A stretch of 64,000 nucleotides of DNA, taken from contig NW_003314317.1 in NCBI RefSeq assembly GCF_000143415.4, forward strand, positions 788,296 through 852,295, given 5' to 3'. Every line of letters begins with the position of its first letter. The stretch's first letter is position 1. Under the pieces are notes generated by a model, which was not told the origin of the DNA, did no database searches, and saw only the letters and a program-made list of their open reading frames with translations. Below are positions 11,548-20,633 of the stretch, piece after piece. The position numbers and the translations under genes were made by a program. Source of the DNA: Selaginella moellendorffii (lineage: Eukaryota; Plantae; Lycopodiophyta).

Positions 11548-13261
11548 ATGGTGAAAATGGACGAGTACGAGATCATGGACAAGATGGAGGAGCTCAAGAA
11601 GCTCCAGAAGGAGCAGGAGGCGATCAAGCTGGAGAATGCGCTGCTGTCGGAGCATCTATCGGTATGTTTGATCCTTCTTTCTCGGGGATTTGGGCCTCCC
11701 GATATTTCGATCGATCTTGCGGTGTCTCGGGGGTCTGGGGTTGGATTGAAATATCTGGCTCACGGATCGATCTCTTGCAGCGGATCGTGACGCGCAAGGG
11801 CAGTATGCAAATCCATCTGGAAAATCTGGAAGCCGAAGAGCAGGAAAGAGAGGCCGAGGAGAAGGAAAAGGCGGATGCCGCTGCCGCCCTTGCGGCGGCG
11901 ACTGCAGCCGATGCTACAAAGAGGAGGAGGAGCACGAAGAGATCGTTTCGGGTTTTCCAGGAGGTCCAGAGGCCCTCCGTCAAGTTCTTCTCGCCACTAA
12001 GAGATTCTCGCAAGCCTCGCGTTCGAGCTCCCATGAGTCTAGAGGAGAAGCTGGAAGTTGTGGACGACGAGATTGGGTGTCACAACGAGCAGATGAACCG
12101 GCTGAGGGCCGAGAACAATCGAGTGCTGGACGATCTGCGAGCGGTTTTCGAAGAGACTGACTATGGGATCAAGGATCTTGCCAGTGAGAAGAACACCATT
12201 CAAAGAGATTTGATGATCTTGGCGGAGATCAATCCTCGTCGAAAGCTCTACACTGAGGATTTCCTGAGGTACTAGCCTCTCGCTCCCCAAGTTCTCGCTA
12301 GTTTCTTCCTGGGTGACATAAAAGTTTCTCTTTCAGGTTTCAAGGAGAGAAGCTGAGGAAGAAAAGGAACATCCGGGAAAAGCTCCAAGAGAAGATTGAT
12401 ATACTTCACATGGAGGTCATGGACGCGGAGCACCAATTCTCCACCAAGAGGGATCTCAAGGACATTTTACACGTGATCGACTTTGATCAGCTCAAGATCC
12501 AGAGGATTCAGCTGCGATCGCGTATTCGTCTTCGGACAAGTGAAGTGTGGAGATATAAAGCTTTGATAAAAAATGCTGGCGCGGTAAGAACACTGGCACA
12601 CTGGCTTTCACTTAGTTTTTAGTTATAGTACTTGTGTTTGATGCAGCTCTTGATGAAAGCTCGCAAAGATCTCGAGGAGAAAGTCGAGGAAGGGAGGCGC
12701 ATAAGGCAAAGCATTGTGGACAGAACACCACAGATCTCGTCTTCGCAGGTGGAGATCAACGTGGAGAAGAAAATACAAGTCAGTCATTCTTTTTCTTTAC
12801 GGTTCAGGATTCTCATCTTTTAGTTTTCTGATCCCAGAGAAGCCTCAACGAGGACATTCTTCGGCTAATACAAGAACAAGACGGCCCTCCCCAGCCCCAC
12901 GTTCTAGATTACATGCGATATCGTATCAAAGTAGCGGAGCTGAGGAGAGAGCTCAAGACTTGGCTCAGCAAGGTGAGGCTTCTGCTCTCTTCTTTTTATT
13001 TCTTTTCGTTTTTTCTCTTTTTGTTTAGGCGATAGCATTGTAAGCCCTGAAATTGCAGGTGGACGTGATCGAACAATCGCACATCCGGCTGAGAAATCAC
13101 GTGAGATACGTCAGGAAACAACGAGACGCGATTCTTGCTGCATCACCGGACATACTAGCGTCACTACCGGATCGAGGTGCTACTCCTGTGCAACCCAAGC
13201 TCGCGCCTGTGAAAGTCAGTCCAATGCAAACCAGCTTCACTCCCGTCGCAGTTCACGGTTG
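11548..13261 (+). CDS. CCDC113: Cilia/flagella coiled-coil protein, CCDC113 (CFAP263)/CCDC96 family, multi-exon
   Basis: IKLENALL..., LSLEEKLEVV...EETD, and the signature LHVIDFDQLKI. Short GT-AG introns join the ORF pieces. Confidence 0.75.
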
Positions 13262-13577
13262 ATCTATGGCCAGCCAGTTGCGGGGCTCGCTGTTCAAGGC
13301 CAGGATTGCCGGAGGTGACGACATACTCAATATGCAGGTGATATTTTTTGGAGATTGTGTCTACTTCAAAACTAAGCTTTTTTCTTTCAGACTACAGCAA
13401 GAGAAAATTGATACACTTGATCAGAGCCACCAAGAACCATCCAATCGTGCATTGGAAACTTAATCGTACAGGTAAAAAAAAATGCTGAAGAAAGTCTTGG
13501 CCACGCTTATTGCCAAGAGCTAGATAGGTCGGGAGATCGCTCTCTTCATCGCAAGTTAACATCGGGGGTTATAACTT

Positions 13578-15494
13578 TCAGGGCTCGTTCAAGGCCTGTA
13601 TTGCCGGGTGCTCCGCGTAATAGCTGAGCGTTACAGGCCGGGAAGTTGGCGGCACGGGGGCCGGCACGTCTCCACTCAGAAACTGGCAACATTCTCGCAT
13701 CGTCGGCCTGCTATCCGCATCGGGATGGCAGCACAAGAGTCCGAGGGTCAAGACGCGCTCCATTTGCGACGCATCGAAGCACTTGATCAACTTCACGTCC
13801 GCGGCCTCGAGCAGCATTCCTCCGGTGTTGGCCTTCCACACCCAGTCGAGCAGAGTTATTCCATCGGCTTCGAAGCTCTTGTCCAGCGCGTGGAGGCCGG
13901 TTGCGATCTCCAAGAGGACCACTCCAAAGCCGTAGACGTCCGACTTTACGGTTGCTCTTCCGGTGTACGCCAACTCGGGAGCGATGTATCCCAAGGTTCC
14001 GACTTTGGTCATGTCCTCGGTGGTGGCGTCCATGAATCGAGCTAGGCCGAAGTCGCCGAGCCGGGGAACGAAATCAGCATCCAGCAAAACGTTTGCGGCT
14101 TTCACGTCCCGGTGGACGATCTTGTGCTCCCATCCTCCGTGCAAGAAGGCGAGCGCTTCGGCGATGCCTCGGGCGATGTTGTACCGCTGATCCCACTGGA
14201 GAACGCGCCGGTGGTCGAACAGGATGGTGTCGAGGCTCCCGTTGGGCATGAACTCGTAGACGAGGATGAGTTTGCTCTTCTCGTGACACCAGCCTCGGAG
14301 AGAGACCAAGTTCTTGTGCTGGAGGCGGGAGATGATGGACAGCTCCGATATAAACTGGTGGTGGCTCTCCTTGGAATCGTTGGCCAGCAGCTTCACCGCC
14401 ACAACCGAGCCGTCGCTGGACAGCACTCCCTTGTAGACGCTTCCCATCCCTCCGCGGCCGAGCAGCTCTTTGTCGCTGAAGTTCTTCGTCGCTAGCGCCA
14501 ACTCTTCGAAACTGAAGAGCGTGAAGGAGCAGCCGGCTTTGTTCCGTCTCTGGATACTCCGTGTCTTGATGTAGACCCGGAGGAAAGCCTGGAATTGTAG
14601 CAGCGCAGCTCCCAGCAGCAGCATCGCGACTCCCAGCCCGGCCGAGGACACCAAAACCGCGACTATGAAGTTCGTTCTACTGCAGTACCACGCCTTGCAG
14701 GCTCCCGGTGGTGCGCTCTTCTTCGGGGGATGGCTCACGTACCGGGTGGTGAAGCTCCATTTATAGATCTGGTAATACTGGTGACACTGGCCAGTGGATG
14801 CGGAGAAGCCAACGTAGAAGCTTTCCCTCTGGAGAATCGCCGGGAGCCTCACTCTCGGCAATTCCAGGTCTGGCTTTGCGGGTCTCCTGTTTCCGTTGCT
14901 AACTCTCACCTCTAGTGTGTCGTAGAGGCCCCAGTACTCGATCCACGCGGTGAGCGTGAGATTACTGGCCAGGAGCTCCTGCATGTTGCTTCCAGTCGTT
15001 TGAGCCGAGATGAGGCTGCCGAGATCCACACCGACGTGCTGCCAGGGCGGGTCCTCGTACACCATGTTCTGGTGCGTGTCAAACTCCACCGCAAACGTGT
15101 GGTTGAGGCTCCGGCCGGGGGTCATGAGGCCGAGGACGCTTCCGGGTGGAGGAGCCCGAGGCTTGGGGACGACGACGAAGGCGAATCCTTCTCCCTGCTG
15201 GCACGACGGCTGCGTGATCTTGAACTGAAACGAGGTGTTGAAGGTGACGAGCTTGACAGGGGCGTCGGCATGGCGGAAGCGGACCGGGAGCTTGTGGTAG
15301 ACTCGTCCGACGCTCCCTGGCTGCCCCGAGGTGAGGAAGATGCTCGTCTCTTTGCCTTTTGCGCTGCCTTTGAAAGCTAACAGGTTGCTGTTCTGGAAGG
15401 AGGGAGTGAGGGTGAAGGAGATGTCGTCGCCTGCTTGGCACAGGGGGAGTGTGAGTGAGATCCAAAACACGAGCACAGCAGCGGCAGCAAGCAT
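13578..15494 (-). CDS. L-type (legume) lectin receptor-like kinase, intronless
   Basis: Signal peptide, lectin motifs GEGFAF and FAVEFDT...HVGVD...YVGFSASTG, a TM helix, and kinase motifs GRGGMGSVYKG, VAVK, HRDVKAANVLLD, DFGLAR, GTLGYIAPE. Confidence 0.95.
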   Translation of the reverse strand: MLAAAAVLVFWISLTLPLCQAGDDISFTLTPSFQNSNLLAFKGSAKGKETSIFLTSGQPGSVGRVYHKLPVRFRHADAPVKLVTFNTSFQFKITQPSCQQGEGFAFVVVPKPRAPPPGSVLGLMTPGRSLNHTFAVEFDTHQNMVYEDPPWQHVGVDLGSLISAQTTGSNMQELLASNLTLTAWIEYWGLYDTLEVRVSNGNRRPAKPDLELPRVRLPAILQRESFYVGFSASTGQCHQYYQIYKWSFTTRYVSHPPKKSAPPGACKAWYCSRTNFIVAVLVSSAGLGVAMLLLGAALLQFQAFLRVYIKTRSIQRRNKAGCSFTLFSFEELALATKNFSDKELLGRGGMGSVYKGVLSSDGSVVAVKLLANDSKESHHQFISELSIISRLQHKNLVSLRGWCHEKSKLILVYEFMPNGSLDTILFDHRRVLQWDQRYNIARGIAEALAFLHGGWEHKIVHRDVKAANVLLDADFVPRLGDFGLARFMDATTEDMTKVGTLGYIAPELAYTGRATVKSDVYGFGVVLLEIATGLHALDKSFEADGITLLDWVWKANTGGMLLEAADVKLIKCFDASQMERVLTLGLLCCHPDADSRPTMRECCQFLSGDVPAPVPPTSRPVTLSYYAEHPAIQALNEP

Positions 15495-15875
15495 GGTTCT
15501 GGAAGATGGAAGATCGATCTAAACAGGTTGGGTGGTCGCACGAACTTATGTTGGAAGTTCCGGTGGACGGACGGCGGACTCCCGCAAGGCCGCATTATTG
15601 GGAGACAGGACAAAGACCAACAGTTAGAAGCAGTTTTCTTCGTTACCTCTTACAAACGAAGTCTATCGGGCTGGAGGAGGAAGAACTCTCAAGTTTTCCG
15701 TATCGTCTCACAGACTTCATTGATAAAGGTAACGACATAGTAGTTTATGATCTCCTCTTACATGTTTTTCTTTTCATTGTTTTTCAGGCGCCATGCTTCC
15801 AATTTGAGGAAACTTGCGGAGTGTTACAGTGAAGAAAATGGCAGGACGGGGGAAAAGAACTGCTAGACGAGGGTC

Positions 15876-16364
15876 TTAGGAGGAAGCTCTGAGAAATCTG
15901 GCCACGGCCCTTTGGCCCTCCACGACGGCTTGCTGGGACAGCTGCCCGGGCAAGGCGAGCTTGCAGGCGGTCTGGATGTCCTTGGAGGAGAGCGTGGCCG
16001 CCTTGTTGCGCCGGACCAGCTCCGCCGCCTCTCTCGCCAGCCTCTCAAACATGTCGTTCATGAACGTGTTCATGATATCCATGGCCGTGGCCGATATCTT
16101 GAGATCCTCGTGCGTTGTCGACCGCAAAACCTTGAGGATGTAGCGCTTGTACGTGTTGCTCGCCGCCGCCTTCTTTCGCTTACCGGATCCAGGAGCTTCT
16201 GCCGGAGTCGCTGGAGCTTCAGTTTGGGGCTGCGCCGCTGGAGGAGCTTCGGATTTCGTCGAGGGAGTCTTCTTGGCGGGAGCTTTCACCGGAGGCTTCT
16301 TCATCGTCTTCGCCGGCACCTTCACTGGCTCCGCCACCCGGGCGCTCTTCGCCACCTTTGCCAT
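15876..16364 (-). CDS. H2B: Divergent histone H2B variant (162 aa)
   Basis: Lys/Pro/Ala-rich tail plus histone fold TYKRYILKVLR...ISATAMDIMNTFMNDMFERLAREAAELVRRNKAATLSSKDIQTACKLALPGQLSQQAVVEGQRAV. ATG at 16364. Confidence 0.9.
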   Translation of the reverse strand: MAKVAKSARVAEPVKVPAKTMKKPPVKAPAKKTPSTKSEAPPAAQPQTEAPATPAEAPGSGKRKKAAASNTYKRYILKVLRSTTHEDLKISATAMDIMNTFMNDMFERLAREAAELVRRNKAATLSSKDIQTACKLALPGQLSQQAVVEGQRAVARFLRASS

Positions 16365-16391
16365 GCTGCAAAGGCAAACACAGCCCAAGCT

Positions 16392-16510
16392 GTATATATA
16401 TATCCCTCCATTATAAAAAGTCACTCTCAAGCTCAGGTATGTCCGTATAGAATATGTTGTCCGTACGCAACCCCTCTCCATACGGAATACGTCCGTACGC
16501 AAATTAGGAA
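16392..16510 (-). promoter_or_regulatory. Putative H2B promoter: TATA tract plus clustered TCCGTA(C) motifs
   Basis: TATATATA about 30 bp upstream of the ATG and four TCCGTA/TACGGA motifs at 16442-16498. A similar module lies at 17213-17286. Confidence 0.45.
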
Positions 16511-17358
16511 ATGTGATGTGCCTACCAAGATTCTTTACAACAACGACAGTAACACGAACCCGAAAAACATCATGCATATCTCTCGTTTGAGCATAGTTTG
16601 GAGGCTCAGAGAAGGAAGTTAGGCGTTCCTGTAAGTGAAGTACAATGCATAGCTGATGAGCCGGTTAAACTAACTTTCTATTCAAGAGAGCGGAATTTGC
16701 TTCGTAAACAACAATACCCTTACACTGTATAAGCCTCGTTGTCGTCTGGAACATAAATGGGCACCTCAAGATCACGTTGAGCAGATACTTGTCGCGCGAA
16801 TATCGTCCACGATGATGTTGCTACTCGACAAGTCCTGCAACAAGGTGTTGCCGGTAGAGTCTGTGCGAGAAGATTGGATCCAAAACCTGCAGCGCAGCCT
16901 CGGCATACGGCTGCGCCGATGCAGTCCACAAACCAGCTCGTACAGCTCGGCCATGGCGTGCAAGAAAGAATCCGCACCGGGTCTCTTGGCCATGTAGAAA
17001 TCGTCGCCTTCTCCACACAGGCAGTCAAAAAGGCAGCCTCGCGCGCATCTCATGTAGACCCAGATCGAGCCTCTCTTCTGAGGTGAGCACGCTTGTTCCA
17101 GCAATGGCTGCCCATCGTTCGGTGCCGACGCTACACGGCCAATAGTCAATTTGATGTCAAAGCAGCGCCGCAGCTCCCCAATCTCGACGTCCAACTTCGA
17201 AGAGGAAGAAGAATATTCTTCCATAAAAGGTTATCCGTTCAGAATGTTTTATCCGTACACAAAGGCGTATATTCCGTACATTAGGTTTCGGCTCACATTT
17301 TGCCATAATCAGTCAAACTATACGTGTGTTTCTTGTTGCAAGAGTAAGCACAGCGCAG

Positions 17359-20061
17359 CTAAACCAGAGTATGGTGATGGTGGTGAGAATGGTGGTGCTG
17401 GTGCTGCGAGTGATGGTGATGAGCGATGTTAGCGTCGGAGCGATCGCAGCAGCTTGCCCCTGGATTGTTGGCGGTGGGAGCGGCAATGATACCGCTCCCT
17501 CCGCCGCCACTTCCACCGCTCGGATGGTGCTGGTGATGCTGCTGCTGCTGCTGCTCCAGAGCTCCTCCTCCTCCTCCTCCCGCCATGGCCGACTGCTCGC
17601 CTTCTTCCTCCTCCTCCTCCGCCTCCTCCTGGCTGCTGCTCTCAAACTCCTCCGCCCGCTGCACCAGCGACAGCTCCATCTTGTCCATCTCGCCCTCCAC
17701 CTTCCGCCGGAGGATCTGCAAGTGCTCCCCGGTCACCATATGCACCACCGACATCTCGTCGATGAGGCTCCGGTTCTGCGCCTCCTGCAGCCCCTCGCCT
17801 ACCCGCGCCGCCACGTCCGGGTGCCGCCGGTTGAACCACACCCACCACTTCTTCACGGGGATCCCGTCCTTGAACGGCGAGCCTTTGTTCACCGACAGCG
17901 GCGCCACCCTCCGCCGCAGCGAGTTGAGCGTCATGAGCGACTGCGATACCTGCTGGATGCTGAAGAACCACTCCACGATCGCCGACTCCTGCTCGCCCCT
18001 CGTCATTCCTCCGTGCGGGCCTCTCTTCCTCGAGTGCGTCCTCCCGTTGAGCCAGTTCCTCAGCGTCGTCCTGGGGATCCCGTAGCACTGCCCGGCCTTC
18101 CGGATGGAGATCCCGTTCTTGATCGCCGCGAGAGCGTTGTGGAGCGCCTGCTCCGTCCACCCGTTGCTCTTCCTCGACTTCTCGTCCGACTCTTTCATCT
18201 CCCCGGACTCAAACTGGCCCTCGTCTTCCTCCTGCTTGCCTTCACCACCACCACCACCACCACCACCACCACTCGGGCTTCTCTTCTGTGCACCGTTGAG
18301 CGTGTACTTGATTGTCGAGCGCGGGATCCCAAACTGCTGCCCCGCGCTGCCGATAGTGCAGGAGCCACTCTTCACGGCTTCCACGGCATCTAGCAGCGCC
18401 TGCTCTGTCCATTTGCCACCTTTTCCCCGCTTCTTGCCTCCGGACATGGAGATATCCGCGGACTCGAGCTGCTGCTCCACGCAGGCGTCGTCTCTTCCAG
18501 GCGTAAGCTCCTCGCTAGCGTCATTGTATGGGAAGTCTTCCCCAGTCATCCTACCACCTTCTTCTCCCAAACTAGAGTCTCCCTGCTCGAAAGCGAGAGA
18601 TGTGTGCGGGCCGCGTTTCCGGGACCTTGTCCGACCTGTTATCCAATTCCTGAGCGTTGTCCGTGGTATGCCATAAGCCCGGCTTGCTTTGCAGATCGTC
18701 AAGGTGTTGTTTTTAATCGCTTCCATAGCCTCCATCAGCGCCTTCTCCGTCCAGCAGCCAACTTTCTTCTTCCCTTCTCTGGCCTTTTTCTTCAAACGCT
18801 CCTTCTTCTCGCCACCATCAGGAATCTGATCGTCACCACCGTCGTCCTCGTCGTCATCTTCGTCGTCTTCCTCATCATCCTCATCGTCATTCATCTCCGC
18901 CACAGCCATTGCATAGGCATCCTCCCTGCTACCATGGAATGGCTGCCCGTATACAGTAACCTCGGCCCCTGACGACGATGACTTCTTCTCCTGCTCCTTC
19001 ATCCAGTAGTCAAGCGTCGAGTTTGGAATGCCGTAAACCTGTGCTGCCTTGCTCACAGGCATCCCCCCGTTCCTCACAGCGTTGAGTGCCTCAAACAGCG
19101 TATGCTTCGTCCACACTCGCCTCCTCTTCCGCAGCAAACTATCCTCCTTACTGTCACTCCCATGCCCCTCCTCACCGGAGTTTATCGTCACCTCGTTCCC
19201 CATCATCAGCGTTCCGGGATGCTGATCGCCCTGCATCTCCTGGCGACAAAACGAGAGAGCCTCGTCTACTTTCGGCCCGCGCTTCCTAGACCTGTTCCTC
19301 CCGTTCAACCAGTTCCGCAAAGTCGACCGAGGAATCCCAAAGTCCTTGCTCGCTTTGTAGGCTGTCAAGGATCCACTTTTCACAGCCGCCACCGCGTCGC
19401 ACAGAGCCTGCTCCGTCCATCGGACTTCCCTCGTCCGCTTCGAGTCGGGCTGGTCGCTATCGTTTCTCAGCTCGTCATCGTCGTTGGCATCGCAAAGAGA
19501 AGGATCCTCCCACCTCCCACCCTCCGCTTGCATGACTACGTGGTGCGAGCCATCTAAGACGTGGTGAGCTCCTTCCATCACCGAGACGCTCTCAGCCCGG
19601 CCACTGTAGAGTGGCTGCTCCCACCGGACCTCTTTCACGATCTGGTGCTGCCCTCCACCGCTGCCATCGCCTCTAGCATCGCAGAACCCCTGCTCGGTCC
19701 ATCGGAGCTCTAGTTTGTTCACGGCCTGGTGATGATCATCGTGGGAGCCGGGAGCTACCACACCCATCCCTCCTGCTAGAGCCACCAGAGCCTGCTGGCT
19801 TCCTTGCAATTCGCCCTCTCGCACGCCATACTGCGCTGCCACTCCCTGGAGATCCTCCCGGAGCACAAAATGCTGGCCATCCCTCACGACGTACTGACCA
19901 GGAATGTGGTGGTGGTGATGCTGCTGTTGCTGCTGCTGATGGTGGTGATGGCTCTCCGGTGCCATGGCGAAGTGATGCACGCCCTGGAGGTGATGCTCGC
20001 TCCCATCCCTCACGGAATCCATCTGCTGCTGGCTCAGCGACAAGACATTCACAGCGTCCAT
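17359..20061 (-). CDS. Multi-Pipsqueak HTH (x5) + CENP-B/Tc5 HTH DNA-binding protein (pogo-transposase-derived, no DDE domain)
   Basis: Five WT..AL..A..AV..G.....KA...YGIP.(S/T)TL repeats, then TRGEQESAIVEW...FKDGIPVKKWWVWFNRRHPDV. His/Gln-rich and acidic tracts. One long open frame; first in-frame ATG at 20061. Confidence 0.85.
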   Translation of the reverse strand: MDAVNVLSLSQQQMDSVRDGSEHHLQGVHHFAMAPESHHHHQQQQQQHHHHHIPGQYVVRDGQHFVLREDLQGVAAQYGVREGELQGSQQALVALAGGMGVVAPGSHDDHHQAVNKLELRWTEQGFCDARGDGSGGGQHQIVKEVRWEQPLYSGRAESVSVMEGAHHVLDGSHHVVMQAEGGRWEDPSLCDANDDDELRNDSDQPDSKRTREVRWTEQALCDAVAAVKSGSLTAYKASKDFGIPRSTLRNWLNGRNRSRKRGPKVDEALSFCRQEMQGDQHPGTLMMGNEVTINSGEEGHGSDSKEDSLLRKRRRVWTKHTLFEALNAVRNGGMPVSKAAQVYGIPNSTLDYWMKEQEKKSSSSGAEVTVYGQPFHGSREDAYAMAVAEMNDDEDDEEDDEDDDEDDGGDDQIPDGGEKKERLKKKAREGKKKVGCWTEKALMEAMEAIKNNTLTICKASRAYGIPRTTLRNWITGRTRSRKRGPHTSLAFEQGDSSLGEEGGRMTGEDFPYNDASEELTPGRDDACVEQQLESADISMSGGKKRGKGGKWTEQALLDAVEAVKSGSCTIGSAGQQFGIPRSTIKYTLNGAQKRSPSGGGGGGGGGEGKQEEDEGQFESGEMKESDEKSRKSNGWTEQALHNALAAIKNGISIRKAGQCYGIPRTTLRNWLNGRTHSRKRGPHGGMTRGEQESAIVEWFFSIQQVSQSLMTLNSLRRRVAPLSVNKGSPFKDGIPVKKWWVWFNRRHPDVAARVGEGLQEAQNRSLIDEMSVVHMVTGEHLQILRRKVEGEMDKMELSLVQRAEEFESSSQEEAEEEEEEGEQSAMAGGGGGGALEQQQQQHHQHHPSGGSGGGGSGIIAAPTANNPGASCCDRSDANIAHHHHSQHQHHHSHHHHHTLV

Positions 20062-20633
20062 CCCGCGCAACGCTAGCGCTCTCACATCCTGCCCAAAACG
20101 CGCGTCAGAGCTAGAACCCTAAAATTTCTTGCAAGAACTGGAGAAAGTGGGGAAGAAATCTCTCCAAGAAAACGCCCCCGGAGAGCTGGGAATCCCGAGA
20201 AGGAGCGCGGCTTGCTCACCTCGACATCCGGAGGACGCGCCAAGAAAATGCCGCAGAGATTAGGGCAAGAGATCCAGGAGAAGCGGCGATCGTAGCGCCG
20301 GCGTCACGAAGCATCCTTACTCAAGAACCCTGGATGGAAACCAAAGAGAAAAAAAATTTGATCCGAGAGAAGAGCTCCCACTGTGAGAAAGAGAAAAACA
20401 TTTCATTTATCTCGCCTAGTTTAAGCTACAAAATGCTTCGCATCTGCGCCGTCCGATGCCAAGCGGTACCAACGGCCACGATCCAGAGCGACATGGACGG
20501 ACGAGATTGAGGTGCAATCTTTCCGTTACAGTCGTGGCGAGTTCCCAGCCGTTATTTTTCTTGCCAGTTCCAAAGTTCTGGGCTAAAACGAAGAGTTTCA
20601 AACAAAACAAGTACCCATAGAACGATGAACGAT

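Noticed and set aside
13608-15522. Plus-strand ORFs over the lectin kinase
   Set aside because: Antisense shadows of the kinase gene.
16365-16577. N-terminal extension of H2B in the ORF track
   Set aside because: It runs through the TATA tract; the histone-like sequence begins at ATG 16364.
17326-18676. Long plus-strand ORFs (355, 166 and 190 aa) opposite the psq gene
   Set aside because: Antisense shadows of a GC-rich, low-complexity coding frame; no motifs.
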